DNA of 61,565 nucleotides, counting the filler, from Chthonomonadaceae bacterium (GTDB lineage: Bacteria; Armatimonadota; Chthonomonadetes; Chthonomonadales; Chthonomonadaceae), in NCBI GenBank assembly GCA_035650735.1. It is 3 parts of 3 records of this genome, joined end to end, with 100 filler letters (N's around TTAATTAATTAA, not from the genome) between each part and the next. Parts side by side here need not be neighbours in the genome. Positions count along the whole stretch, not along the records: positions 43,238 to 61,565 come from DASRGZ010000216.1; 2 more parts are not named here. One strand, given 5' to 3'. How positions within the stretch are numbered: the first letter of the stretch is position 1; every line of letters begins with the position of its first letter. Under the pieces are notes generated by a model that was not told where the DNA came from, searched no databases, and saw only the letters and a list, made by a program, of their open reading frames with translations. Both the position numbers and the translations under genes were made by a program. Positions 47,163 to 58,000 of the stretch are shown one piece after another.

Positions 47163-48842
47163 ATGCAGGCGCCAGATACGCTCGATTTGAGGGATTACGC
47201 CCGCCTTGCCATCCGCCACATGGCCGGCAACCACGACCATAAGACGGGCTATCCCTATTTCTATATTAACGTCCATGCTGACGTTCCTTCCGCCAGTCAT
47301 AATGGCTGGGATTTGATTGACGTTCTCTCCCGCTACATCGACTCGCTGATTCTGGCGCGGGAGATGACCGGCGACACGCACGGCACCGACATAGAGGAAC
47401 GCTACCGCCGCCTGCTGGTAGAGAATCTAAACCCGACGGACGGACTGGCCTATCGGCCGGAAACGCCCTGGTCGCAGCACGAGGCGGAGATGTTCGACCA
47501 GAGCCGCGCCCTGAACGGCCTGGTCACCTGGTACATGCAGGAGCGCAGCCCCGAACTCAAAGGCCATATCGAGCGGATGGTCAACGGGCTTTGGCAGAGC
47601 GCCATCCACATCGTCAAGCGCCGTGCCGGGTACTCCTTCTGCTTCTTCCCTTACGCCAGCCGCTTTGAGGAGGGCTGGAACCCGGCCACGCCCGGCGAGC
47701 CCTGCTGCTACAACGGCGGGGCGCTTATTCTACCGCTGACCAAATATGCCGAGGTGAGCGGCGACGAGCGCGCCCTGGAGCTGGCCCGACGCTTCCTTCA
47801 CTACATTGTAGACGAGACCCGTATCTTCCGCCGGGACGGCTCCTTCTGGCCCGATGAGATGCACCTGGCCGCCGGCCATTTTCACACGCGCTCCCTGTCT
47901 ATGGCGGGCATCCTCCGCTACGCCCTGCTCGTCCATGACCCGGAGCTTATCGCCTGGGTGAAGCGGGCCTTCGATTGGGCCATGACGGTCAGCGGCTCCT
48001 TCGGCTGGTTCCCGGAAGGCGTAGGGACGGAAGACTACTACACCACCAAGCACAGCGAAACCTGCAACATCACCGACATGGTGCATCTGGCGATCAAGCT
48101 GGCCGAGGCCGGCCATCCTGAGTATTGGGGCCATGTCGAGCGGTTCGTGCGCAACCACCTGTTGGAGAGCCAGTGGACCCGGGAAGACTGGCTCAAGCCG
48201 CCTGCCGCCAACGTGCCGGAGGACGATGCCGTCACCACCCGCCGCTGCATGGAGGAGCGCATCCTGGGCGGCTACGCCGGACGCACGCTGCCCAACGAGT
48301 TCGTTGCCGACGGCGTGATGATGGGCTGCTGCTGCGGCGCGGGGCCGCGCGCGCTCTTCCTGGCCTGGGACCATATCCTGACTCGTAAGCCCGATGGCCT
48401 TTACGTGAACCTGCACCTGAATCGCTACAGCCGGGAGGCCGACGTATTAAGCTGGCAGCCGCATCAGGGCCGCCTGGAGGTTGGGATGCACTCTCACGGC
48501 CCGCTGGCTATCCGCGTGCCGGAGGCGGCGCAAGAGAGCGCCCTGAGCGTGGAGCGCAACGGTTCGCCTGCGCCTTACACGCGGCGGGATGGTTATGTTC
48601 GTATTGCGGAGGTCGGGCCGGGCGACAGCGTGACCCTGCGCTTCTCGCTCCAGACCGAAGAGCGCCACGAGCGGCTCTACAATTGGCCCTTGCAGATCAA
48701 ATGGCGGGGCGATACTGTGGTCGCCATGCGCCCGGAGGGCCACCGGCTTCCCCTCTATCGGCGTGAGCCTCTGGATACGGACGCCTGCCCGCAGCGGGAG
48801 GTCAGCGAAAACGAGCGCCGCGATCCGGCGGTGCGCTGGTAG
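47163..48842 (+). CDS. GH127/DUF1680-like protein (beta-L-arabinofuranosidase-like)
   Basis: SETC and GCCCG motifs matching the Zn-binding Glu/Cys set; ERFVRNHL; IRVP C-terminal beta domain. Confidence 0.65.
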   Translation: MQAPDTLDLRDYARLAIRHMAGNHDHKTGYPYFYINVHADVPSASHNGWDLIDVLSRYIDSLILAREMTGDTHGTDIEERYRRLLVENLNPTDGLAYRPETPWSQHEAEMFDQSRALNGLVTWYMQERSPELKGHIERMVNGLWQSAIHIVKRRAGYSFCFFPYASRFEEGWNPATPGEPCCYNGGALILPLTKYAEVSGDERALELARRFLHYIVDETRIFRRDGSFWPDEMHLAAGHFHTRSLSMAGILRYALLVHDPELIAWVKRAFDWAMTVSGSFGWFPEGVGTEDYYTTKHSETCNITDMVHLAIKLAEAGHPEYWGHVERFVRNHLLESQWTREDWLKPPAANVPEDDAVTTRRCMEERILGGYAGRTLPNEFVADGVMMGCCCGAGPRALFLAWDHILTRKPDGLYVNLHLNRYSREADVLSWQPHQGRLEVGMHSHGPLAIRVPEAAQESALSVERNGSPAPYTRRDGYVRIAEVGPGDSVTLRFSLQTEERHERLYNWPLQIKWRGDTVVAMRPEGHRLPLYRREPLDTDACPQREVSENERRDPAVRW

Positions 48843-48898
48843 GGACTTTAGGGGCGGGGGTTAGGTGTGGCGAAGAAGAGAGATTAGGTGAAAAGTGT

Positions 48899-49711
48899 AT
48901 GGAAGTGGGCGTGGAGAACGTAAATAGCCCCGTGCCTGCGGAAGCGGTGAACTACAGCATCGTCGCCGTCGGGCTGTCTAAGGCGTTTGGTGCCAACGTG
49001 GCGGTGGATAATGTCAACCTGCATGTGCGCGAGGGCGAGTTCTTCGGCTTTCTCGGCCCCAACGGCGCGGGCAAGTCCACGACCATTAAGATGCTCTGCG
49101 GCCTGCTGCGTCCCGACGCCGGAAGCGTCTGGGTGGCCGGGTACGACCTGGCAACGCAGCCGCTGGAGGTGAAGCGGCGGATCGGCGTGCTGCCGGAGGA
49201 GACCAACCTCTATGAGCGGCTGACGGGCGAGGAGTTCCTGCTGTTTTCCGGGCAGATGTACGGCCTGCCGCTGGAGGAGGCCCGCCCTCGCGCCGCCGAT
49301 CTGCTGGAGCTAATGGAGCTAACGGAGGTCAAGGATAAGCTCATCGTGGACTACTCGATGGGCATGAAAAAGAAGGTTGCGCTGGCTTCCGCGCTCATCC
49401 ACCGGCCCAAAGTGATGTTCCTGGACGAGCCTTTCAACGGCATTGACCCCATCTCCGTGCGCGCCATTCGCAACGTCATGCGCCATCTGACCGAGCGCGG
49501 CACGACCATCTTTATCTCCTCGCACGTTATGGAGGTCGTCGAGCGGCTCTGTACCCGCGTGGCTATCATCCATCACGGGCGCATCGTCGGGGAGGGCACG
49601 CTGGCCGAGCTGCGGGCGATGGCTCAGGCTACCGGCGACTCCTCCCTGGAAGACATCTTCCTCAAGCTGGTGGGCGCGCAGGTGGGGGAGGAGACCCTGA
49701 GCTGGCTCTGA
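48899..49711 (+). CDS. ABC transporter ATP-binding protein
   Basis: GPNGAGKST, YSMGMKKK, FLDEP, SSH. Confidence 0.95.
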   Translation: MEVGVENVNSPVPAEAVNYSIVAVGLSKAFGANVAVDNVNLHVREGEFFGFLGPNGAGKSTTIKMLCGLLRPDAGSVWVAGYDLATQPLEVKRRIGVLPEETNLYERLTGEEFLLFSGQMYGLPLEEARPRAADLLELMELTEVKDKLIVDYSMGMKKKVALASALIHRPKVMFLDEPFNGIDPISVRAIRNVMRHLTERGTTIFISSHVMEVVERLCTRVAIIHHGRIVGEGTLAELRAMAQATGDSSLEDIFLKLVGAQVGEETLSWL

Positions 49712-49774
49712 CCGATCCGGGACAGGCGGAAACCGGGAACCGGGGATGCTCTGCGTGAAATCCTTTTCCCATTG

Positions 49775-51463
49775 ATGCCTTATCCTTCTCTTCAGGAGAA
49801 TGCCTTGCAGCCGTTACGCCTGCTCTTCTGGCTCAAATGGAAGCTGATGCTGCGCGGGTATCGCCGCAACCCGTCGTCGGCCATCGGCGCGGTCTTGATG
49901 CTGCTCTTCTTCTTCCCACTGGCGGTGGTGCTGGCGCTCCTGTGCGCTGAAGGCTTCACGCAGATGGCCCCGCCCAACAACGCCAACCTGCTGCGCGCGG
50001 TGCTGCTGGGAATCTATTTGCTCTGGCTGCTGGGGCCTACGATGGGCTACGCCCTCAACGAGTCCTACGATATTACCAGGCTGTTCGTCTACCCGCTCTC
50101 GCTGCGGCAGATATTCGCCGGCGCGATGCTCGGCTCGCTGCTCGATGTGCCGGTGCTGCTCCTCCTGCCGACTCTTATCGCCATCCTGACCGCTTTCACC
50201 CGAGATGGGCCGTCGTTTGTCTTTAGCTTCTGCGCGGTCGGGCTGTTCCTGCTGCATACGCTTTCGCTGAGCCAGACGGTTATTCTAGCCGGTGCGGGCA
50301 TTTTACGTAGCCGCCGTTTTCGGGATCTGGTGACGGTCCTGATCCCGCTCGTCTGGATTCTCTGGTACATCTTCACGCAGACGCTCTCGCGGCACGCTGG
50401 CCCTGTGGACTGGACAACCCTGCTGGGCAGCCCGGCCTGGAACATCGTCAACTATCTGCCGCCTGGATTTGCGGCGCGGGCGGTCGTGGCGGCGGAGCGG
50501 GGACAGTACGTGGTTGCGGCGGGCTTTCTGTTGGCGCTGAGCGGCGTCACCGTCGGCACAGTCTATCTGGCGGCGTGGCTGCTGCAAAAGATCTATGCGG
50601 GCGACATCCTCACGCGGCCTGCCGGGGCGCGCGCTCCTGCGCCGCCGCCCGCTGTCAGCGCGCCGTCCCGTCCCGTCCGCGTCTCCTCCGGCCCGTTCGC
50701 CGGGATGCTGCCGCCTGTCCTCCAGGCGGTGATGGCCAAAGAGATACGCTATCTCTTCCGCGACCCCTATTTCAAAATTGTGCTGATGAACCTGGTCTAT
50801 ATGCTGGTCGCCGCCGGGTTCGGCGTGGTCAATACGGCGCGGGACGAGCGGTTCGCCCTCTTGAGCGCGGGGATGGTGCTGGGGGGAACCTGGATGCTGC
50901 TGCTGGGGGAGATGCAGGTGATCTGCAACCTCTTCGGCACGGAGGGCAGCGCGGCCTCCCTGCTCTTTCTGTTTCCCGCCTCTCGCCGGCAGATCATCCT
51001 GGGCAAGAATCTGGCCTTCTTCGTCGCGCTCTCGGCGATAAACCTGACCTTCCTGGTCATCCTGGCCGCGCTGGGCCATGCGTTTCGCTGGATCGGCCTA
51101 CTCCTCTGCTGGATGGAGCTGGCGCTGGTGGCCTGCCTGGCGCTGGGCAACCTCGTCTCCGTCTACTTCCCGTACCGGATGGTGCTCAAAGGCTGGCGCG
51201 TTCGGCAGCAGTACGCCGCGCGGGGCTGCGGCTACAGCCTCATTTACTTGCTGGTGGTGGCGGGCGCGTTTTTCCTCCTGCTGCCCGTTCTGGCCGCGCT
51301 CATCGCGCCGATGTTCTGGATCGAGCCCTGGTGGTGGGCGGTAACGATCCCGCTGGCTGTCGGCTACGCCCTCGGCCTCTACGCCCTTTCGCTCTACCAG
51401 GCGGGGCCGCTGCTGGAACGCCGGGAAACGGAGATCATCGCTAAAGTCGCGCAGGAGGATTAA
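49775..51463 (+). CDS. ABC transporter permease (ABC-2 type, multi-TM)
   Basis: Two hydrophobic halves, KEIRYLFRDP, ILGKN; follows the ATPase. Confidence 0.78.
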   Translation: MPYPSLQENALQPLRLLFWLKWKLMLRGYRRNPSSAIGAVLMLLFFFPLAVVLALLCAEGFTQMAPPNNANLLRAVLLGIYLLWLLGPTMGYALNESYDITRLFVYPLSLRQIFAGAMLGSLLDVPVLLLLPTLIAILTAFTRDGPSFVFSFCAVGLFLLHTLSLSQTVILAGAGILRSRRFRDLVTVLIPLVWILWYIFTQTLSRHAGPVDWTTLLGSPAWNIVNYLPPGFAARAVVAAERGQYVVAAGFLLALSGVTVGTVYLAAWLLQKIYAGDILTRPAGARAPAPPPAVSAPSRPVRVSSGPFAGMLPPVLQAVMAKEIRYLFRDPYFKIVLMNLVYMLVAAGFGVVNTARDERFALLSAGMVLGGTWMLLLGEMQVICNLFGTEGSAASLLFLFPASRRQIILGKNLAFFVALSAINLTFLVILAALGHAFRWIGLLLCWMELALVACLALGNLVSVYFPYRMVLKGWRVRQQYAARGCGYSLIYLLVVAGAFFLLLPVLAALIAPMFWIEPWWWAVTIPLAVGYALGLYALSLYQAGPLLERRETEIIAKVAQED

Positions 51464-51496
51464 GGTCGTCCCACGAAGTCTAACAGTCCATTATCT

Positions 51497-51725
51497 GCCC
51501 TCACCCCCGACCACTCTCCCAACGCTGCGGGAGAGGGGAGCGGCCCCCACCCCCTTACCCACTGCTAGGGTCGGGGCTGCAATGGACTGCAAGGGTCGGC
51601 AGGGCTACGGCCCCTGCCTCCGCCTTGCGGCAGCCTTCCGCCTCGCGATCCCCAATTCTAGGGGAGGGGAGAGCAGAAGCCGGGTCCCCCCTTCCCTAAG
51701 AGGGAAGGGGGCCGGGGGTTAGGTT
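51497..51725. repeat. Family A cluster containing D nested in D
   Basis: Outer D 51561-51648, inner D 51586-51629; A arms GCCCTCACCCC...GGGGGTTAGG. Confidence 0.85.
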
Positions 51726-51794
51726 AAACACGAGGGAGAGCAGAAGCCCTGCTGTTAGTGTAAGAGAATTTCTAATCCCTGGAGGAGAAGCCCG

Positions 51795-52439
51795 ATGAGT
51801 GAACCCCTGTTTCATTCCCGTTTGCCAGACTATCTCGACAGCCTCGTGCCGCCGCGCAACGAGGTGATGCAGGAGATGGAAGCCTACGCCCGCGAGGTGC
51901 GCTTTCCCATCATCGGCCCGGCGGCAGGCTATTTCAACTACCTGATCGCGCGGCTGATAGGAGCGCGGCGCGTTTTTGAGCTCGGCTCCGGCTACGGCTA
52001 CTCGACCGCCTGGTTTGCGCGCGCCGTGCGCGAGAACGGCGGCGGGGTAGTGCATCACGTCGTCTGGGACGAAGAGCTGTCGCAGAAGGCGCGAGGCTAT
52101 CTGGGGCGCCTGGGTTATAACGACCTCGTGCAATATCAGGTCGGAGAGGCGGTGGAGACGCTGCGCAACACCGAGGGGCCGTTTGACCTGATGTTTAACG
52201 ACATTGACAAGCATGGCTATCCGGCCTCTATTCCGGTCATTAAGGAGAAGCTGCGGCCCGGCGGCGTGCTGCTCATTGACAACATGCTCTGGCACGGCGG
52301 GATCTTCGACGAGCAGAATCAGTCGCCGGACAAGCTCGGCGTCCAGGAGGTCACCCGTATGCTCACCCAGGACCCCGAGTTTATCACCTCGCTTGCGCCC
52401 ATTCGCGACGGCGTCATCGTGGCCTATCGCCAGCCCTGA
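51795..52439 (+). CDS. SAM-dependent O-methyltransferase (family 3)
   Basis: FELGSGYGYS, FDLMFNDIDK, LRPGGVLLIDN. Confidence 0.9.
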   Translation: MSEPLFHSRLPDYLDSLVPPRNEVMQEMEAYAREVRFPIIGPAAGYFNYLIARLIGARRVFELGSGYGYSTAWFARAVRENGGGVVHHVVWDEELSQKARGYLGRLGYNDLVQYQVGEAVETLRNTEGPFDLMFNDIDKHGYPASIPVIKEKLRPGGVLLIDNMLWHGGIFDEQNQSPDKLGVQEVTRMLTQDPEFITSLAPIRDGVIVAYRQP

Positions 52440-52565
52440 CTTCAGAGGCAGGATGCGAGCCTCCTTCAGGAGGCTCGCGCGCCTTAACGTTACTTCCACC
52501 GCCCTTCATTCAGAGGCCAAAGCCGTCTGCTGAAGGGAGACGCTTTGGCAGAAAGGGGCACCCCT

Positions 52566-53642
52566 ATGAGGCCGGAGACCGGGTTTGGAGTGATCGGAGT
52601 GGGAACCTGGGGCGGGCTGCATGCCAGGGTCTATGCCAGCACTCCGGGGGCGCATCTGGCCGCCATCTGCGATGCCAACGGCGAACGCGCCCGGCAGGTA
52701 GGAGAAGCGTGCGGGGCCGCCCGGATATACACCGACTACCGCCAACTGCTAGACGATCCCAACGTGCAGGCCGTCTCCATCGCGCTGCCGGATTTCCTGC
52801 ATCGCGAGGCGACGGTGGCGGCGGCGCAGGCCGGCAAGCACATCCTGGTAGAAAAGCCATTGGCGACCACCGAAGCGGATTGCCTCGCCATGCTGGAGGC
52901 AGCGCAGGCGGCAGGCGTCCTCCTGTTTGTGGATTTCCACAATCGCTGGAGTCCGCTCTTCCACGCGCTCAAACAGGCGCTGGAGGCGGGCGAGCTGGGC
53001 AACCCACAACTGATCACCTATCGGCTCAGCGATACGCTCTACGTGCCGACTCAAATGTTATCCTGGGCGCGGCATTCTTCGGTCGCTTGGTTCCTGGCCA
53101 GCCACTGCCTGGATACGCTGCTCTGGCTGATGAACGCCCGGGCGTATGCGCGGGGGGAAGCGGGGGACACGATAGAGCGGTTATCCTGCCTCACGCGCTC
53201 GCGCCTGCTGGGGCCGGAATATGGCGTGGACACGCCCGATTTCTACCTGACGACCCTGGAATGGAAGTCGGGGCTGGTGGCGCACGTGGAGAATAGCTGG
53301 ATACTGCCGGAGAGCGGGCCTTCTGTGGTGGATATGAAGTGTCAGTTCCTCGGCTCGCGGGGCGCGTTTTACCTGGACGGCGCGCGGCACGGGGCCATCC
53401 AGAAGCATACTGACCGGGCCAGTTACCCGGATGCGTTCGTCACGCCGACCTTATACGGGCGGCCTATGGGCTTTGGGGCCGAGAGCATCCGTCACTTTGC
53501 CCAGTGCGTGATGACAGGCCAGCGGCCCCTGGTGGACGGAGCCGACGGCCTGGCGGTGACGCGCCTGATCTTGAAGATGGAGGAGTCGGCGCAGAAGCGC
53601 CAGCCGGTCGAAGTCGGACCGCTGTTTGATCCGGAAAGTTGA
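52566..53642 (+). CDS. Gfo/Idh/MocA oxidoreductase
   Basis: GVIGVGTWG, GKHILVEKP, HNRW. Confidence 0.9.
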   Translation: MRPETGFGVIGVGTWGGLHARVYASTPGAHLAAICDANGERARQVGEACGAARIYTDYRQLLDDPNVQAVSIALPDFLHREATVAAAQAGKHILVEKPLATTEADCLAMLEAAQAAGVLLFVDFHNRWSPLFHALKQALEAGELGNPQLITYRLSDTLYVPTQMLSWARHSSVAWFLASHCLDTLLWLMNARAYARGEAGDTIERLSCLTRSRLLGPEYGVDTPDFYLTTLEWKSGLVAHVENSWILPESGPSVVDMKCQFLGSRGAFYLDGARHGAIQKHTDRASYPDAFVTPTLYGRPMGFGAESIRHFAQCVMTGQRPLVDGADGLAVTRLILKMEESAQKRQPVEVGPLFDPES

Positions 53643-53729
53643 TCGCTAGATTTCAGAATGGGGGTGTCGGCGAAAGAAAGCCAACACGGTTTAGTCATTG
53701 GAGTTTCCCAGGAGGAGCGCCCGGAGAAG

Positions 53730-55880
53730 ATGCGACGGATCGGTTTCAGCCTGCTTGTCTTGATCGGTATCGGCCTGTTAGGAAGGGCTCACGAGCCCGG
53801 AGCCGCCGCCTCTACAGTGAAAATGCCCTCACCCCCTGTCCCCCTCTTCCACGCTGCGGGAGAGGGGGACCCGGCTTCTCGGTTCCCCCCCTTCCCTAGC
53901 AAGGGACGAGCGGATAGGGAAGGGGGCCGGGGGGTTAGGCCCACCGGGGCTGTGGTAAAGTTCAAAGACCTGGGCGATGCGGCGGACACAGACCCCACTT
54001 CTCCCATTTTCCTTCCCCAAAACTCCGGTCGGTGGTCCAGCGACCCGTCTGCCGAAAACCCCGACCTCCCGGATGGCTGGGAGCCGTATGCCCTTCAGCG
54101 TCAGGGCAAACCCGGCTGGATCACGCTGCGCGCAGTGCTGGGAGACTACTACGGTGATTTCTCTGTCCATACGGACGGCCTTGCGCTTACGGGGGATGGG
54201 TACAACGCCGTCGCTCTCTGGCTGGCCGTGCGCTATAAAGATACCGTGCTCTCCCCGGAACGCGATCCCTACTACGGCTCAAGGACGTTCCCCTGGGAAG
54301 GAAAATCGGCGGGCGTCTGGGCGTTTACCGGCGTGCCCGATCCGCGCGCCGGGGATGCTCCCTGGGTGCGGCTGGGAGAATTAGGCGGGCGCAACGATAA
54401 GGTGTGGCGCACGGCGGTCTATCAGATCGCCCCCCATACGATCCGCGCTGAAAACGGGCTTTTCAAGTTCTCCCTGGGCTACCCGGCGCCGTTCGGTCGC
54501 TCCACCCTCTACGGCGACCTGCGCGTGGATTGGATCAAGCTCTCCTCTGCGCCGGTCCGACCCGACCCGGATCGCAGGGGCTTCTTTCCGGCAGCGCGGC
54601 CCAGTAAGTTTGCCTCCTTGCCGCGCTCAGGGTTCCTGGTGGACGGCAAGCCCTTCTTCCCTATCATCCTGGATGTCAACGATGGCGAGAGCAGCGCCCG
54701 CGAGGACTCGTTCCAGCTCTGGAGGGATACGGGGTTCAACGTCATCGGCTATTACGAGAACGCCGACAGCCAGTATTCGGGAGCCGGGCGCTCTTACTGG
54801 GGCTACAAAGACCCCATCGTGGATAACGGACGCCGCTTCATGGGGTTCGGCAACTTTCTGGATGCCTGCCAGCGGCACGGCCTCAAAGGAGCGATCTTCC
54901 TCTGGAACTCCATGCGGCGCTACTGGATACTCAACACAAAGGCAGACCGTTGGGCCAGCGATCCGCTTGGCGGCAAAGACTGGCCCAGGCCCGACGGCAC
55001 ATTCGCCGGAATGGCCGCTCAGATCTTCAAGGTGGTGAACGCTTACAAGCAGCATCCGGCCTATTTTGGAATAGACATCAAGGATGAGATCGATCATGAG
55101 GCCCCGGAATGGGGAGCCCCCATAGAGGGCATTCGCTACCTGTACGCCGGCATCCAGCGCCTGGATCCGGATCATCCCCAGTGGGTGAATTTGATGGGCT
55201 ATCGGCGGCTAATGTGGCTGCATAACCAGGTAGCCGACGACGGTATCGAGAGCTTTGATCGCTATCCCGATGGGAAGGAGACGCCGTTCAGCTAGGTCGG
55301 GGAGTGGATGGAGGAGATCAAGCGCCAGAAGGGAGACCGCTGCATTATCCCCATTCATAGCATCATGGAGTTCCCGCCGGTGGAGAACGTGCGAACGGCC
55401 ACCTGGATCAGCCTGATACACGGCGCGCAGGGATTGAACTACTTCGTCTATCAGGGAGGCAGCCTGGACCATCCCGCCTGGTGGCGGGAGATGCAGGCCA
55501 TGCTCTCCCAGGTCAAGGAAACAACCCCGGCGCTGCATCGCTCGACCAGCTCCCTCCTGGGCTACTCCTGGGCGACAACAGAAGGGTCACGCGACTACTA
55601 CCATATCGAGCACACGGCCTCTGGCGCGCTGGCAACCGATAACGACAGGGTAGATGCCATGCTGCGCCGTCTCAAGGCAACCGAGCAGCGCTATCTTTTT
55701 GCCATCAACACGCGGGCCGAACCGACGCAAGCGGCCTTCCGTGTGAAGGGCTTATCCGCAGGAACGCCCATTCGGGTGCTGTTTGAGAACCGCACCCTGA
55801 CAGCCACCGCTCAGGGCCTTCAGGACGACTTCGCCGGGTACCAGCTTCATATTTACGTCTGGGGACCGACCACGAGATAG
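53730..55880 (+). pseudogene. Secreted glycoside-hydrolase-like protein split by one in-frame TAG (55293-55295)
   Basis: Signal peptide; VDGKPFFPI, TGFNV, KDE, SFDRYP; ORF 55308-55880 is in the same frame (TWISLIHGAQGLNYF) directly after FS*VGEW. Confidence 0.65.
53825..53940. repeat. Family A element in frame just after the signal peptide
   Basis: GCCCTCACCCCCTGTCCCCCTCTTCCACGCTGCGGGAGAGGGGG...GGGAAGGGGGCCGGGGGGTTAGG read as PSPPVPLFHAAGEG...REGGRGVR. Confidence 0.85.
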
Positions 55881-55984
55881 GGTTCCGTCCGCACTTAAGA
55901 CAAAGAGCACCTAACACAACCCGGTCTAGCCCTTGCCTTATGGGAGAAACAAGGGAGGTTGTGTTAGGCACTCAAAGGAGAGAG

Positions 55985-56890
55985 ATGAAAACCAACTGGA
56001 AAGGCGTGTTTCCCGCCGTCACCACCCAGTTTAAGCCGGATCAGAGTCTGGATCTGGCGGCGACGGCGCGGCACCTGGAAGTGCTTATCGAGTCCGGGGT
56101 GAGCGGCCTCATTATGCTCGGCTCGCTGGGCGAGAACACCTCCCTGGAGCCGGAAGAGAAGCGGCGCGTGGTAGAGATGGCCGTAGAGGTCAGTGGCGGG
56201 CGCGTGCCGGTCTTGAGCGGCGTGGCCGAGTGCAGTACCGCGCTGGCCTGCCGGTATGCCCGCGATATACAGAAATTGGGCGCAGACGGCCTCATGCTCC
56301 TGCCCGCGATGGTCTATAAGGCCGATGCGCGCGAGACGGTGGCGCATTTTCGCGCGGTCGCCCGCTCCACCGACCTGGCAATCCTCTGCTACAATAATCC
56401 CATCGCCTACGGCGTGGACATCACCCCGACAATGTTCGCGGAACTGGCCGACGAGCCGAACCTGGTCGCCATCAAAGAGTCGTCCGGGGACACGCGCCGC
56501 CTGACCGACATTCGCAACCTCGTTGGCGACCGCTACACGCTGTTTATCGGCCTGGATGACCTGGCGCTGGAAGGGGCGCTGCTGGGCGCGGAGGGCTGGG
56601 TCGCCGGGCTGGGGTTGGCCTTCCCACGCGAGAATCAATACTTCTGGCGGCTTGCCACGAGCGGGCAGTGGGAGCAGGCGCGGGAGATCTACCGCTGGTA
56701 CATGCCTCTACTGCACCTGGATACGCAGGTCAAGTTCGTCCAGTACATCAAGCTGGCCTTGCAGGAGGTCGGATTGGGCGCGGAGTGGGTGCGCGCGCCG
56801 CGCCTGCCCCTGGAGGGAGCCGAGCGCGAGGCGATCCTCCAGATTATCCGGCAGGGCATTGCAACGCGCCCGGAGGTTCCGGGGCCATGA
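55985..56890 (+). CDS. DapA-family protein, likely delta1-pyrroline-4-hydroxy-2-carboxylate deaminase
   Basis: [26 protein letters not shown]; context with hydroxyproline epimerase. Confidence 0.8.
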   Translation: MKTNWKGVFPAVTTQFKPDQSLDLAATARHLEVLIESGVSGLIMLGSLGENTSLEPEEKRRVVEMAVEVSGGRVPVLSGVAECSTALACRYARDIQKLGADGLMLLPAMVYKADARETVAHFRAVARSTDLAILCYNNPIAYGVDITPTMFAELADEPNLVAIKESSGDTRRLTDIRNLVGDRYTLFIGLDDLALEGALLGAEGWVAGLGLAFPRENQYFWRLATSGQWEQAREIYRWYMPLLHLDTQVKFVQYIKLALQEVGLGAEWVRAPRLPLEGAEREAILQIIRQGIATRPEVPGP

Positions 56891-57843
56891 CCGTCGCGGA
56901 GGTACAGCGGGTTCGGGTGATCGATTCGCACACGGGCGGGGAGCCGACGCGCGTGATCATCGCGGGCGGGCCGGATCTGGGCGGGGGCAGCATGGCCGAC
57001 CGACTGAACGTCTTCCGCACGCAGTACGACGCCTTCCGCTCGGCGGTGGTCAACGAGCCGCGCGGCTCGGAGGTTCTGGTCGGCGCGCTCCTGCTGGAAC
57101 CCTCCGATCCCTTCTGCACGGCGGGGGCGATCTTTTTTAACAACGTGGGGTATCTGGGCATGTGCGGGCACGGCACCATCGGCCTGATCACGACGCTGGC
57201 CTATTTGGGGCGGATACAGCCGGGAGAGCATCGCATAGAAACGCCCGTCGGGGTCGTGACGGCCCGGCTGCACGAGACTGGCGACGTTTCGGTTCAGAAC
57301 GTTGCCAGCTATCGCTATCGGAAAGCAGTGCCGGTGGAGGTGGCCGGACAGGGCCGGGTGGTCGGCGACGTGGCCTGGGGCGGCAACTGGTTCTTCCTGG
57401 TCGCGGAGCATGGGCAGGAGATCGCGCTGGGCAACGTCGAGGCGCTGACCGACTTTACCTGGCGCATTCGCCAAGCCTTGCAGCGGCAGGGCGTGACCGG
57501 GCGCGGGGATCAGGAGATAGACCATATCGAGCTGTTTGCGCCTTCGCCCAGGCCGGGGGTGCATAGCCGAAACTTCGTGCTCTGTCCCGGCAAAGCCTAT
57601 GACCGCTCGCCCTGCGGCACCGGCACCAGCGCCAAGCTCGCCTGTCTCTACGCGGACGGTAAAATCAGGGAGGGAGAGGTCTGGCGGCAGGAGAGCGTCA
57701 TCGGGAGCGTGTTTGAGGGCAGCGTGCGCGTGGTCAACGGCGAGGTGATCCCGACCATTCGCGGCAGCGCCTATGTCACCGCCGAGTCCACGCTAATCCT
57801 CAACCCCACCGATCCCTTCTGCTGGGGCATCCGCGAGAGCTAG
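56887..57843 (+). CDS. Proline racemase family, likely 4-hydroxyproline 2-epimerase
   Basis: [26 protein letters not shown] (Cys/Cys pair); ATGA coupling to the upstream gene. Confidence 0.9.
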   Translation: MTVAEVQRVRVIDSHTGGEPTRVIIAGGPDLGGGSMADRLNVFRTQYDAFRSAVVNEPRGSEVLVGALLLEPSDPFCTAGAIFFNNVGYLGMCGHGTIGLITTLAYLGRIQPGEHRIETPVGVVTARLHETGDVSVQNVASYRYRKAVPVEVAGQGRVVGDVAWGGNWFFLVAEHGQEIALGNVEALTDFTWRIRQALQRQGVTGRGDQEIDHIELFAPSPRPGVHSRNFVLCPGKAYDRSPCGTGTSAKLACLYADGKIREGEVWRQESVIGSVFEGSVRVVNGEVIPTIRGSAYVTAESTLILNPTDPFCWGIRES

Positions 57844-57859
57844 CCGCTATGCCCATTCT

Positions 57860-57963
57860 GGCCCCCATCCCCAACCCCTCCCCCAAGAACAGGGGAGGGG
57901 AGAGTCAGAGCTTCTCGGCTCCCCCTCTCCTAAAATTGGGAGAGAGGGATAGGGGTGAGGGCC
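57860..57963. repeat. Family A palindrome cluster inside the hydroxyproline operon
   Basis: CCCCTCCCC-CAAGAACA-GGGGAGGGG and CCTCTCC-TAAAATT-GGGAGAG..GGGGTGAGGGC. Confidence 0.8.
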
Positions 57964-58000
57964 GCAACCGAAAACAAAATGCCCTGAACCAGGAGGCTGC

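Noticed and set aside
55293..55295. Genome-wide TAG recoding or pyrrolysine
   Set aside because: Many intact genes here end at TAG at the expected position (2164, 5285, 21210, 23903), and no pyl genes are visible.
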